NCBI GenBank assembly: GCA_964543035.1
Contig: CAZIVL010000002.1
Span: forward strand, 150,948 to 214,947
Length of the DNA stretch: 64,000 nucleotides
Reading direction: 5' to 3'
From: an uncultured Gammaproteobacteria bacterium
GTDB lineage: Bacteria; Patescibacteriota; Microgenomatia; CAZETR01; Amesbacteraceae
Position 1 is the first letter of the stretch, and every line of letters starts with the position of its first letter. The position numbers were made by a program, and so were the translations under genes. The notes under the pieces were generated by a model. It ran no database searches. It was given only the letters and a program-made list of their open reading frames with translations, and had not been told where the DNA came from. This document shows, piece by piece, positions 47,415 to 57,363 of this stretch.

Positions 47415-48717
47415 GCTCACAGAGTTGATGGCCGGAGATTGAGCTCATAACCAAAATTACATCGGTTGGTTTGGCTTCCGTTCCAAGAGTAGCAGCAATA
47501 TCTGTGAACTCGTTTATTAGTCGAGCTTTATTTCCTGGTAAATGGGCGTTGATATAGTCAACCAAGTTTTGGCTAGAAAAATCACCTGGATCCTTTTCTC
47601 TCGAGGCGAAAGTTTTAGCAAAGATTATTTCGTCGGCTTGTTTTAATGAAGGGGGTAGTTCTGATAGAAGAGTTTTTAGTCTGCTGAAGGTGTGAGGTTC
47701 AATAACTGCCCAGATTTTTGAATTTGGATTTTGTTCTTTGACGCCTGCAATGGTGGCAGCGAAAGCAGTAGGGTGGTTGCCGTAGTCATCGTAGACCTTA
47801 ATATTGTTTTTTTCTCCAACAAGCTCCATACGTCTAGCAGTGCCTTGAAATGAAGCAAGAGTTCTAGCTATGGTTTCAGCTGGGATTTTTAACACTTCTG
47901 CCAGCTTGATGATACCTAATGCGTTACTTTTGTTGTGGTCTCCTGCGACAGATATTTTATAATTGTAATTTGGAAATTCTTTTAGAGAATAAGGGACAAG
48001 CTTAATATCTTGTCTGGTGATTTGAGGGAGTATGTCCAATATACCTTGGGAATCGGCATTGTATATAAGAGTGCCTTCGGATTGTAGATTGTTGATAAAA
48101 GAGAGATGGGTTTTTTGCAGATTTTCCAATGTTGAAAAGTATTCAGGATGGTCTAATTCGATGTTGTTAAGAATAATTATATTTGGGTGATATGAGATAA
48201 AATTGTCATGAAATTCATCTGCCTCACTCACAAAGTAATTACCCTGACCTAATCGGATGTTGTTTTGCCATTCTTTGACAGTTGCACCTACTTCTACTGT
48301 AGGGTCGAATCCGGAATTTTCTAAAAGTAGACCAGCCATGGTAGTAGTTGTTGATTTACCATGTGTGCCGGCGATGCAAATCAATGTTTTGCCTTCATGG
48401 AGATATCTGCCCATGAATTCTTGCCATTTCATAAGGATCCCTCGTTCTTTGGCTTTTACCACTTCGGGGTGGGAATCACTTTTGTAAAAAACAGCAGGAG
48501 TAACCGCCAAGATATCGATACCCTCGAGATGGTCTTCGGAGTGACCGGAGTGAATATTGATACCAAGCTTTTTTAGAGGTTCAATGTAATTTGAATCTAC
48601 TTTGAGATCGCAGCCTGAGACTTTGTAGCCTAGATGGTGGGCGATTTGGGCCACTGCGGACATACCTGAGCCAGCTATGCCCATGAAGTGAACTTTTGAG
48701 GGCTGTTTCATTGGCAA
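47395..48717 (-). CDS. murC: UDP-N-acetylmuramate--L-alanine ligase
   Basis: VHFMGIAGSGMSAVAQIAHHLGYKVSGCD, GTHGKSTTTTM. Confidence 0.9.
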   Translation of the reverse strand: MPMKQPSKVHFMGIAGSGMSAVAQIAHHLGYKVSGCDLKVDSNYIEPLKKLGINIHSGHSEDHLEGIDILAVTPAVFYKSDSHPEVVKAKERGILMKWQEFMGRYLHEGKTLICIAGTHGKSTTTTMAGLLLENSGFDPTVEVGATVKEWQNNIRLGQGNYFVSEADEFHDNFISYHPNIIILNNIELDHPEYFSTLENLQKTHLSFINNLQSEGTLIYNADSQGILDILPQITRQDIKLVPYSLKEFPNYNYKISVAGDHNKSNALGIIKLAEVLKIPAETIARTLASFQGTARRMELVGEKNNIKVYDDYGNHPTAFAATIAGVKEQNPNSKIWAVIEPHTFSRLKTLLSELPPSLKQADEIIFAKTFASREKDPGDFSSQNLVDYINAHLPGNKARLINEFTDIAATLGTEAKPTDVILVMSSISGHQLCELILQAL

Positions 48718-48730
48718 TCAGAGTATAACA

Positions 48731-49789
48731 TTGGGATATAATAAATCTATGCAGGTTTTTTTGGGATTGGCGCTTTTGACCTTTGGAATTACTTTTGCTT
48801 TGTACATTCCATTTATCAACTTCTTGTACAAAGCTAAATTTATTCGGGGAAAAGAGACGGAAGAAGTGCGAAAAAATGCATCCGCAAATTTTTATAAGAT
48901 GCGGGAGATTCACTCTAAAAAAATTGGAACGCCTACTGGAGGAGGGATACTGCAAGCGATAGTGCTTATGACAATGTTTGCCCTGACAGTTGGATGGGTG
49001 GGGACAAATATTCGAGGACTACTGTCCGGATACAGCTTTTGGTGGGAAGTGGGAATTATCTTTTCGTGCTTTATATCGTTTGGAATACTGGGATTTTATG
49101 ACGATCTGATCAAGATATTTGGGTATGAAAAATCAGGGTTCTTTGGCCTGCGGATGAGACAGAAACTCTTGATTCAAGTTGCCCTGGCTGCAATCGTCGC
49201 TGGGCTCATGCACTGGGGACTGAAAATCGATTTTGTATACGTGCCGTTTTGGGGAATTGTGAGACTTGGGATTGGATACTTCTTTTTGGCTACATTTTTG
49301 ATTGTCGCTTTTGCAAATGCATTTGATATTACAGATGGCCTAGACGGATTATCCAATGGACTGCTATTTATTTGTTTACTCGCTTTTTGGGCGATTGCGG
49401 CAGTAAACCTGGATGGGGTGTTATCACTTTTTATCGCTTTGTGGGTCGGAGTCGTGGGAGCATTTTTGTATTTCAATATTTGGCCGGCTCGTATAATGCT
49501 TGGGAATACGGGAGGATTGGCTTTTGGGGCGACACTCGCAGTCATAGGTCTTTTGTCTGGCAAGATACTGGCGCTTCTTATTATCGCTGGACTATTTGTA
49601 GTGGACGGGGGATCGAGCTTGATACAAATCCTCTCTAAAAAACTAAGAAATGGTAAAAGGGTGTTTCCAATTGCTCCTATTCATCATTGGTTGGAAATTA
49701 TTGGTTGGGAAGAACCCAAGATTGTGGCGCGGGCGTGGCTCGCTGGAATTGCACTGGCTATATTTGGACTGTGGTTGGCATTTCTCTAA
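48731..49789 (+). CDS. mraY: phospho-N-acetylmuramoyl-pentapeptide transferase
   Basis: NAFDITDGLDGL motif, 10 TM helices. Confidence 0.9.
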   Translation: MGYNKSMQVFLGLALLTFGITFALYIPFINFLYKAKFIRGKETEEVRKNASANFYKMREIHSKKIGTPTGGGILQAIVLMTMFALTVGWVGTNIRGLLSGYSFWWEVGIIFSCFISFGILGFYDDLIKIFGYEKSGFFGLRMRQKLLIQVALAAIVAGLMHWGLKIDFVYVPFWGIVRLGIGYFFLATFLIVAFANAFDITDGLDGLSNGLLFICLLAFWAIAAVNLDGVLSLFIALWVGVVGAFLYFNIWPARIMLGNTGGLAFGATLAVIGLLSGKILALLIIAGLFVVDGGSSLIQILSKKLRNGKRVFPIAPIHHWLEIIGWEEPKIVARAWLAGIALAIFGLWLAFL

Positions 49790-50289
49790 AATTGGTTGTC
49801 AAGAATCACGTCCGTTACAAGACTACCGAATTCATACGCTTCGATTTCATAGGGAACGTTATTGTAACCTAGAGTGAAAAATTGGTAGGTGTATTTGATA
49901 TCAAATTTTAGAAAACCCTCTTTTTTGTATTGAGCGGTGTGGACAAGCTCATGTGCGAAAGTGGGTACATCGAGGCTGGTCATCTGAGAAGTGAGAAAAA
50001 CGTTTTGTCCCCAAGTTATTGCCCAGGGTTTTATCCCAAATATCGTAAAAAATGATGTAAATAGACGAGTTAACCAACTGTCTTGGTAAAAACGAACGTT
50101 TCTAACATATGAGGGTTCCAAAACATAACCATATTTGTGATTTTTGATCTGAGGGTTTTCGATCAATCCCCAGTAACCAATAAAATTAATTGTACTTTCT
50201 GGGGAGAACCGCTTGGTTTCGTTTTGGACAATCAGGATCAAGAGTGCGACTGCTAGGATCGTGAAAATAACCAAGATTAAACGGCGCAT
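49786..50289 (-). CDS. membrane-anchored DUF4157-like putative zinc metallopeptidase (HExxH)
   Basis: N-terminal TM, FAHELVHTAQ motif. Confidence 0.5.
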   Translation of the reverse strand: MRRLILVIFTILAVALLILIVQNETKRFSPESTINFIGYWGLIENPQIKNHKYGYVLEPSYVRNVRFYQDSWLTRLFTSFFTIFGIKPWAITWGQNVFLTSQMTSLDVPTFAHELVHTAQYKKEGFLKFDIKYTYQFFTLGYNNVPYEIEAYEFGSLVTDVILDNQF

Positions 50290-50305
50290 TTGATAGAATT
50301 GTAGT

Positions 50306-51493
50306 GTGTTGAAGTGGTACGTGCAAAGGATAAAAAACATCTGGCATTGGGTGAGGTCCTTGTTTTGGGTGGTCTACTATGGCTATCCTGCCCGTAAACT
50401 TACTGTAATTGGTGTTACGGGAACGGATGGGAAGACGACGACGTCTACCCTAATCTATGAAATACTGCAGGCTGCAGGAATAAAGACCGGTCTGATCACA
50501 ACTGTGTCAGCCAGGATTGGGGATGAGGAGCTGGATACTGGACTACATACGACTAATCCAGATGCAAAGCATCTGCAGCCAATTCTCAAAAAGATGGTAG
50601 AGAAGGGGATTACGCATGTTGTACTTGAAGTGACGGCTCACGGATTGGATCAACATCGGGTGCTAGGATGCAACTTCAAAATAGCAGTATTCACAAATAT
50701 CTCGCACGAGCATCTGGATGATTTTGGGACTATGGAAAAGTATGCTGCGGCGAAAGCAAAACTGTTCAGAAGTGTTGAATACGCTGTTGTGAACAAAGAC
50801 GATGAACACTTGGACTGGATCCTTCCCCCGCAGCTGCGGGGTCAGGATGACACGAAAGTGATCGAGTATGGGAAAGCAGAAATAAAAGAAGTAAGCGAGC
50901 CTTTGAAGGGGGAATATAACAAATATAATATTGCAGCTTCTTTGGCTGTCGCCGAAGTATTGGGTATCAAGTATCAAGTATCGAGTATGGCGATAAAGAA
51001 TTTTGGGGGAGTCTTGGGGCGGAGAGAAGAAGTGAAGAATGATAAAGGGTTCAAAGTGTATGTGGATTTTGCCCACACGCCAAATGGGCTGAAAAGTATC
51101 TTGACGCAACTGAGGTCTGAGACAAAAAAGAAACTGATCGTGGTATTTGGGTGCACCGGGGAAAGAGATCAGACTAAGCGCCCCATCATGGGGAAAATTG
51201 CTGCTGATATCGCTGATGTCGTGGTGGTTACCTCCGACGATACTAGGAGAGAAAGTCAGGACGAGATTTATGAGCAAATCGTATCTGGTATTAAGTATCA
51301 GGTATCAAGCATGGAGAAAATACACAAAATTAATGATAGGCGGGAGGCAATAAAATTTGCAATTGGGATGGCCAAAAAGGGCGATATAGTGCTACTGGCT
51401 GGTAAGGGGCATGAGAAATCGATCAACTTGGGTGGGGTGGAGCATCCTTGGTCGGATGTAGAGATCGCCCGTGATATTATAATGAACGCATGA
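50306..51493 (+). CDS. murE: UDP-MurNAc-L-Ala-D-Glu--2,6-diaminopimelate (or L-Lys) ligase MurE, lacking the usual N-terminal domain
   Basis: P-loop VIGVTGTDGKTTTSTL; 395 aa versus about 490 typical; GTG start. Confidence 0.85.
   Translation: MLKWYVQRIKNIWHWVRSLFWVVYYGYPARKLTVIGVTGTDGKTTTSTLIYEILQAAGIKTGLITTVSARIGDEELDTGLHTTNPDAKHLQPILKKMVEKGITHVVLEVTAHGLDQHRVLGCNFKIAVFTNISHEHLDDFGTMEKYAAAKAKLFRSVEYAVVNKDDEHLDWILPPQLRGQDDTKVIEYGKAEIKEVSEPLKGEYNKYNIAASLAVAEVLGIKYQVSSMAIKNFGGVLGRREEVKNDKGFKVYVDFAHTPNGLKSILTQLRSETKKKLIVVFGCTGERDQTKRPIMGKIAADIADVVVVTSDDTRRESQDEIYEQIVSGIKYQVSSMEKIHKINDRREAIKFAIGMAKKGDIVLLAGKGHEKSINLGGVEHPWSDVEIARDIIMNA
50964..50988 (+). repeat. phased heptanucleotide repeat (GTATCAA-like)x3-4, in-frame in murE
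   Basis: GTATcaaGTATcaaGTATcgaGTAT encodes GIKYQVSSM. Confidence 0.7.
51281..51312 (+). repeat. second phased heptanucleotide repeat in-frame in murE
   Basis: GTATctgGTATtaaGTATcagGTATcaaGCAT encodes IVSGIKYQVSSM (same nonapeptide GIKYQVSSM). Confidence 0.7.
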
Positions 51494-52581
51494 GAAGGTG
51501 GAACATGTTTAGGAAGGACCTGGTGCAGTACGTCTTGGCATGGGGGAACTTTTTGTACAAACGGGCTTACAAATGGTTTGCCGGATTTGAGTGGGTAAAG
51601 AAACTTCTGGCCCAGGTGCTGTATAAGCAAAGAGGACGATTTACGAGACCATTTATGCACACTGCCATGGGGGGACTCGTGGCTCTGGCTGTCACACTCG
51701 CTCCGATACTGGCTTCATCGATTCCCGGAATTGGACCGGCTCTGGCTCAGGAAGAGGATCTGCCCATAAGTGTCATGGAAGCGAGCTTTACGGAAACTGC
51801 CTGGACTGCATCTGACAAGGTGCGTGATAAGACTTTGGAATATGAAGTGCAGCCAGGAGACACAGTGTCTGCCGTGGCGGAAAAATACGGGGTGTCTGCT
51901 GACACGATCCGGTGGGAAAACGGGATGACCTCTGCAAATCAAATCAAACCTGGCCAGAAGCTAAAGATCCTACCTGTGTCAGGAGTCCGGCACAAGGTAA
52001 CTCGAGGGGAGACGGTGTACTCGATTGCCAAGAAATACAGCGCCAATGCTCAGGCGATAGTCGATTTTCCTTTTAATACCTTTGCTGACAATGAGTCTTT
52101 TGCCTTGGAAGTGGGGCAGGACCTAATCGTGCCGGATGGTAAGAAACCGAGTGAAGTGCCGTGGTCGCCACTTCAGAATGTGGCGCGCAGGACCCCTGAT
52201 GCGGGAGCCGTGTCTGCAATTGGGCAGTTTGCTTGGCCCATGGGAGGAGTCATCACCCAGAACTTCGCTTGGTATCACCGAGGTGTGGATATTGCGACCG
52301 CGCATGGGACACCGATTGTGGCTGCTGACTCTGGCCGGGTAACCGTGGCTGGTTGGCCGGACAATGGAGGGTATGGGAACCGGGTGATGATAGATCATGG
52401 CAATGGTTACACGACTCTGTATGCCCACATGTCCAAAATCTATGTAACTGCCGGACAGACGGTAAAACGAGGCGACACACTAGGTCTGGAGGGGTCTACA
52501 GGGCGCTCAACTGGCCCACACTTGCACTTTGAGATCAGGAAAAATGGGGTGTTTGTAAGCCCCTTGCAGTACCTAAAGTAA
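51490..52581 (+). CDS. M23 family metallopeptidase with two LysM domains
   Basis: LysM: YEVQPGDTVSAVAEKYGVS and HKVTRGETVYSIAKKY; M23: HRGVDIA...GYGNRVMIDHGNGYTTLYAHMS. Confidence 0.8.
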   Translation: MRRWNMFRKDLVQYVLAWGNFLYKRAYKWFAGFEWVKKLLAQVLYKQRGRFTRPFMHTAMGGLVALAVTLAPILASSIPGIGPALAQEEDLPISVMEASFTETAWTASDKVRDKTLEYEVQPGDTVSAVAEKYGVSADTIRWENGMTSANQIKPGQKLKILPVSGVRHKVTRGETVYSIAKKYSANAQAIVDFPFNTFADNESFALEVGQDLIVPDGKKPSEVPWSPLQNVARRTPDAGAVSAIGQFAWPMGGVITQNFAWYHRGVDIATAHGTPIVAADSGRVTVAGWPDNGGYGNRVMIDHGNGYTTLYAHMSKIYVTAGQTVKRGDTLGLEGSTGRSTGPHLHFEIRKNGVFVSPLQYLK

Positions 52582-52669
52582 GGCCAGATGGACCATTTGT
52601 GGTACAATACACCCTAGAACCCAAGTTTTTGAAAGCCCTTGGGACTAACTAAAAGGAGGTGAATCCCAA

Positions 52670-52963
52670 GTGCAAGATCAACAACTAACATGTAAAGATT
52701 GTGGAAATCAGTTTGTATGGACTGTAGGTGAGCAGAAGTTCTACCAAGAAAAAGGTTTTACGAATCCTCCTACTCGTTGTCCAGACTGTAGATCCAAGAA
52801 GAAAAATGAGATGAGAGGTGGTGGAAACGATCGTGGTGGAAACCGAGTGAGCTTTACTATTACCTGTTCTAATTGTGGCAAGCAAGACACTGTACCGTTT
52901 GAACCCCGTGGTGACAGACCAGTTTTGTGTCGCGATTGTTTCAGGAGTAACAAGAGCCACTAA
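52670..52963 (+). CDS. double zinc-ribbon (four CxxC) small protein
   Basis: CKDCG...CPDCR...CSNCG...CRDC; strong SD AAGGAGGTG then GTG. Confidence 0.55.
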   Translation: MQDQQLTCKDCGNQFVWTVGEQKFYQEKGFTNPPTRCPDCRSKKKNEMRGGGNDRGGNRVSFTITCSNCGKQDTVPFEPRGDRPVLCRDCFRSNKSH

Positions 52964-52987
52964 ACGCTTCGCGTTTAAAAAAGAAAA

Positions 52988-53014
52988 CCCCGCTGACGAG
53001 CGGGGTTTTTGTTT
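52988..53014 (+). terminator. rho-independent terminator
   Basis: CCCCGCtgacgaGCGGGG followed by TTTTTGTTT. Confidence 0.7.
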
Positions 53015-53152
53015 GTGGATTCTAGGGGAATATGAAAGGAGACCTACCACTCGCTTACGCTTGTGGATCCTTTCATACTTCTCACTTCGTTCGCAGTTGA
53101 ACAATTCCTCCTGGGACAAAAAAATTCCAGGATAAACCCTGGAATTTCTTTG

Positions 53153-53223
53153 TGGACCCTAGGGGAATTGAACCCCTTTCTCATCCATGCCATGGACGCA
53201 TTCTACCGGTGAACTAAGGGCCC
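53153..53223 (-). tRNA. tRNA-Ala (anticodon GGC)
   Basis: Minus-strand GGGCCCTTAGTTCACCGGTAGAATGCGTCCATGGCATGGATGAGAAAGGGGTTCAATTCCCCTAGGGTCCA; G3:U70, anticodon loop ATGGCAT. Confidence 0.85.
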
Positions 53224-53252
53224 TTGGACTGAGGCTATTTTAGCAAATATGT

Positions 53253-53489
53253 TTATATTTGGGACGTTGGAGGATGATTGATGTGCGCATTGAACCTGTT
53301 TTCGAGTTTCCAACGACCTTTGTCTAAAGCTCCTACAGAAAATTCCAAATCTTTCCTAAGTTTGTTTATAGCCCTTGTCACTGGTTTTAACTCGTCTTTT
53401 ACAATGGAACGAACGATCTGAGAGGTTTGAATTTGAATCTCCTCTTTTACAGCGGTGCGAATGTTGGATAGATCGGATTTGGTAAGCAT
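53253..53489 (-). CDS. small hypothetical protein
   Basis: 78 aa ORF. Confidence 0.3.
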   Translation of the reverse strand: MLTKSDLSNIRTAVKEEIQIQTSQIVRSIVKDELKPVTRAINKLRKDLEFSVGALDKGRWKLENRFNAHINHPPTSQI

Positions 53490-53520
53490 GTTCTAAAGAT
53501 ATGATATGGAAAGTGGGGTG

Positions 53521-54063
53521 TCAATTGCGATTTTTAGCGCTCCATTTGCGTAAATCAACAAAAGCCTTGGTTACGCTTTGCATCGGACTGGTGGGGAGAT
53601 TTGAGATAGGATGCCACTCGATTTTTGCCACATCATCGTGGACTATGGGTGTACCGGTTGTGATTTTTCCCACAAAGAAGATATCAAGAGTTTTGATATG
53701 TTTGGAGCCATACTCGTTTATATAGAAGCCTAACAAATCAAAGATTTTTATTTCTACACCCAACTCTTCTGTGATCTCTCTTCTTATTCCAGTTTCTGGT
53801 AGTTCGCCATTTTCTAAGAAGCCTCCCGGGATGTCATATTTACCTTTGTAAGGTTCGATGCCGCGTTTTGTTAACAGTACAAGGTCATTTTTTATTAAAA
53901 AAATACCTACGCAAGGTTTGGAATTTTGAAAAAAAATGAATTTACATGAGGTGCATTTGGGATATGGGCCAGATAGATCAAGAATGGCTCCGCACTTGGG
54001 ACAGAAATGATAAGGAAAATCATCCATGTGGACCATGGGGGGATCGCACCCCCGTATCCGCAA
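53521..54063 (-). CDS. NUDIX hydrolase with N-terminal zinc ribbon
   Basis: Nudix box GGFLENGELPETGIRREITEELGVE; N-terminal CPKCG...CTSC. Confidence 0.8.
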   Translation of the reverse strand: MRIRGCDPPMVHMDDFPYHFCPKCGAILDLSGPYPKCTSCKFIFFQNSKPCVGIFLIKNDLVLLTKRGIEPYKGKYDIPGGFLENGELPETGIRREITEELGVEIKIFDLLGFYINEYGSKHIKTLDIFFVGKITTGTPIVHDDVAKIEWHPISNLPTSPMQSVTKAFVDLRKWSAKNRN

Positions 54064-54123
54064 TGCGAATGCGGCGCACTACTACTATGCTAATGGCCCA
54101 GTGGCAGTGATTTTAACAAATAC

Positions 54124-56157
54124 TCACTGGATGGGGCCGGAGATCGGTGTGGGGGTCGGTTCTGGACCGAGTTCTGAAGGCAATTGAATAGGTGTAATCT
54201 TGGGTGATGGAAGTAGCTCGGGAGTTTCTAGCTCGGTAGGAGCCGGAATTGCTGGAATGTTGGATGGCTCTTGAGGGAGGCCAGCGAGCTTTTTTAGATT
54301 TTCGAGCTCGGACGAGGCTTTGGCATAGTCGGCGGAGGTATTGTCTACAAGTTTCACTACTTGGGTCATGGACTCGACTGCCTTGGGATAATCTTTTTTC
54401 TCGCGGTAGGCGGCTGATAGATTGTAATAGGCATTGGCCAGATCTGGCTTGAGCTCAATGGCTTGGCCAAAGAGCTTGATGGCGTCATCGTAGTTTTTTA
54501 GCGAGAAAAAGATTCCACCGGTGGCAATGCGCAGATTTGGATTGGTTGGGTCTAGGCGAATGGCTTGGGCATAGGTGGTCAGTGTCCAGTCCTCGGCCCC
54601 CTGGGCGGATCCGATCAGACTTTTGTAGACGGTGGCCAAGTTTTCGACATTGGCAACCTTTTTGGGATTGAGAGAGACGGCATTTTTGGCCTCTCTGATG
54701 GCAAGTTGCGCTAGCTGGGAAATGGTGGTTCGGTCAGTGTCGGTTAGGTCAGTTTTACTAGCCACTGAGTTTGCCAGCAGGAGATTGGTTTGAGAATAGG
54801 CTACGCGATAGGTGTCTTGATAAGGATTGGTCTTGTAGGCTCGTTCCAGATTGTCGTAGATGACTTTGCCATCGTTTTTTGCTGCCGCAAGAATAGATCT
54901 TTGGAAATAGACGTCTGCCAGATACACTCGATAAATGCCTACAGTCGATGGAATTGCTACGCCGAGACTAATGACCAGCACTATCCAGGGGAGGATGGCT
55001 GATTTGTGACCGGTCTCGACTGAAGCTACTAGATCAATACTGGCTTCGTGAACGAGACTTGAGCCCATGAGCTTGAGGGCGAGAGTGGCAAGGGTGAGGA
55101 GTATCATGATGAGGTATAGGACGAGAAGAGAGGTCGGAAGAAAAATTTGGCTGACAAATAGTAGGACACTACTTGTTCCCAGACCTAAGAAAAGAATGCG
55201 AAGAGGAGACTCGGAAGAAGTGCGAGAGACTTTAGTGAGTGTGGTGATGACTCTACTGACCAGAAATAGATAGGCAAAAAGACCCATGATGCCAATTGTG
55301 GCCAAGATCTCGAGATAATAATTGCTGGCATTTGCAAATCTTACGGACCAGTAAGGAGTCAGATTGTACGCTAGAGGTTTGTACTGAGTGAAACTACTAA
55401 TATATGTGGAAGGGCCGGTGCCAAAGAGCGGTGAGACCTTGAGAGTCTCGAGAGCAATGGCCCAAGAAGTGGAGATAGGCAGGAAAATGGGTTTGTTTGT
55501 GGAACTTGCGCCAAATAGTCTGTATCCCAAGAGACTTGAGCCGCCGACTGTCAATAAGAGGACTGCCCCAAGAAACAACGATCTGGGAGAACCAAGCTTT
55601 TCTTTTACTAAAAGTGTGAGGAGGGCTGGAACACAACTGGCCAAAGCAATAAGAGTGGTGAGACTGCCGCCAGTCGGGGTCCAAAGATTTGATCTCAAAA
55701 ATCCTGCAGGCAAAAGTGATGTGATAAGGCCAGATCCCCAAATCAGAGTCAAAATGGCCAGAAGTGAGATAGAGGCTAGTAAGCTGTAGAACAAGATCTC
55801 TAGCTGACGCCTGGTCTTGATAATATTTGTGGCTACAAAAAATATAACGACTAGGGAAATCACGGCCCCGGTTTGGCCAGGATCAAACAGTGCGTCTACG
55901 CGGTTGGGAGAAGACATTATTGTAGAAGCAATCCAAGAAGCCAAGAATATTGCCAATGGTAGGCCGAAGGGGGATCTGACAAGCTTTACTTGTTTGGAAA
56001 GAACTGTACTGATGGACCATGAAACCAAAAGTATAACTGCACTGATCATAAGAAGCGTTTGTTTGTTGAAATCGTAGATCTCCTGGGTAAAAGGCAAAAA
56101 GAATATGGGTGTCAGAAAAATGGTGATGGTTAGGATCCAGAAGGAAATCTTGTTCAT
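54124..56157 (-). CDS. O-antigen ligase (Wzy_C)-like polytopic membrane protein with C-terminal TPR repeats
   Basis: More than 10 TM helices, then TPR-like repeats (AYYNLSAAYREKKDYPKAVESM...), C-terminal PT-rich tail. Confidence 0.65.
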   Translation of the reverse strand: MNKISFWILTITIFLTPIFFLPFTQEIYDFNKQTLLMISAVILLVSWSISTVLSKQVKLVRSPFGLPLAIFLASWIASTIMSSPNRVDALFDPGQTGAVISLVVIFFVATNIIKTRRQLEILFYSLLASISLLAILTLIWGSGLITSLLPAGFLRSNLWTPTGGSLTTLIALASCVPALLTLLVKEKLGSPRSLFLGAVLLLTVGGSSLLGYRLFGASSTNKPIFLPISTSWAIALETLKVSPLFGTGPSTYISSFTQYKPLAYNLTPYWSVRFANASNYYLEILATIGIMGLFAYLFLVSRVITTLTKVSRTSSESPLRILFLGLGTSSVLLFVSQIFLPTSLLVLYLIMILLTLATLALKLMGSSLVHEASIDLVASVETGHKSAILPWIVLVISLGVAIPSTVGIYRVYLADVYFQRSILAAAKNDGKVIYDNLERAYKTNPYQDTYRVAYSQTNLLLANSVASKTDLTDTDRTTISQLAQLAIREAKNAVSLNPKKVANVENLATVYKSLIGSAQGAEDWTLTTYAQAIRLDPTNPNLRIATGGIFFSLKNYDDAIKLFGQAIELKPDLANAYYNLSAAYREKKDYPKAVESMTQVVKLVDNTSADYAKASSELENLKKLAGLPQEPSNIPAIPAPTELETPELLPSPKITPIQLPSELGPEPTPTPISGPIQ

Positions 56158-56239
56158 AATCTATTATTAGGATGTATAAGCAAGCAAGTCAAGAAGAAAT
56201 ATGTATGAGGTCAGACCTATTGTATACTAGGACTGACCT

Positions 56240-56917
56240 ATGCCGTCTAAATACAGAATCAAGGATTATGAAAGTAATTGCTATTACCATATATATAATA
56301 GAGGAATAGATGGAAAGGTCGTTTTTGGAGACGAACAAGATTATCTGTATTTTGAAAAGCTGCTAGCTGGATATCTAGAACAAGTGCAACAGGAGACTGG
56401 ACCATATAAAGAAGCAAAGCCCTCGCTGATAAAAAGAAAACTACAAATGAGCTTGATGGGGAAAGTCACATTAATCGCGTATTGCCTAATGCCTGATCAT
56501 TATCACTTGCTAGTTAAGCAAGATGATCCAATCGGGATTACAAAACTAGTTAGACGGCTGATGACTGGGTATGTGATGTATTTTAATAAGAGATACGGGA
56601 GGAGGGGGCCGCTTTTTGAAAATGTGTATCGGGCAGTAAAGACCTCTGATGAGAAACAGGTGATGGCAGTGGGGAGACTGATCCACCTAAACCCGAGAAA
56701 CAGGGAAAAAAAGCGATTCGGGCTAGTAGAGACGATTTCGGGTACCAACCCCCAGGAGTACCCATACTCAAGTTATAAGAGATATATAGGTACTAATAAC
56801 AATAACTGGGTAAATCCTGTATATGGGGGAATGAGCGTAGAAGAGTACCGAAGATATGTCGAATCGCCCAAATCTGAGGCTGATTCGGAAATAAATGAGT
56901 TGATGATAGATGAGTAA
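56240..56917 (+). CDS. IS200/IS605-like Y1 (HUH) transposase / REP-associated tyrosine transposase (RAYT)-like protein
   Basis: YHIYNRG ... LMPDHYHLLV (HUH motif as HYH) typical of TnpA_IS200/RAYT; 5' flank hairpin AGGTCAG-N17-CTGACCT at 56208-56241. Confidence 0.7.
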   Translation: MPSKYRIKDYESNCYYHIYNRGIDGKVVFGDEQDYLYFEKLLAGYLEQVQQETGPYKEAKPSLIKRKLQMSLMGKVTLIAYCLMPDHYHLLVKQDDPIGITKLVRRLMTGYVMYFNKRYGRRGPLFENVYRAVKTSDEKQVMAVGRLIHLNPRNREKKRFGLVETISGTNPQEYPYSSYKRYIGTNNNNWVNPVYGGMSVEEYRRYVESPKSEADSEINELMIDE

Positions 56918-57363
56918 AAGAGGGATTTAAGACTGTCGAGTATTATCTGTACTCTGATTTGAATTATCTTTTGGCAAGTCGAGGGCGATGTCAGTACTGA
57001 TCGCAAGTTTGCCATCTGGTCCCTGAACAAAGGTTAAGGGTATTATTGTCTCTTCACGATTGCCCTCCTCGTCATATACTTGGACTTCCTTAACTTGATT
57101 ACCGTGAGTGGGATTGTCGATGCCCATTGGTTGATTATAGAGCAGAGCACTGGTTTTTCAACCTGTAGTCATGAAAATTGACCCGCTGGGGGACGATTTG
57201 AGGGACTTTATTGATTGTTTGTTGTTAGTTGTAGGTTGTCTGCAAAAATTGGTGCTTGGTGACGAGAAGTTATAGGTTAAACCTAGAGTAAACTATAAGA
57301 CTGTCTTGTAGTTGTGTAAGCAGAGATGAAAGGAGTGTGCTAATGAGTGACAGGTAGAAGCGA

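Noticed and set aside
56918-57363. T-box riboswitch upstream of leuS
   Set aside because: The 445-nt leader was scanned for the conserved T-box core (AATTAGGGTGGNACCGCG) and specifier-loop architecture, and none was found. The region may still hold an unrecognised RNA element or the small ORF 56927-57127 (minus).
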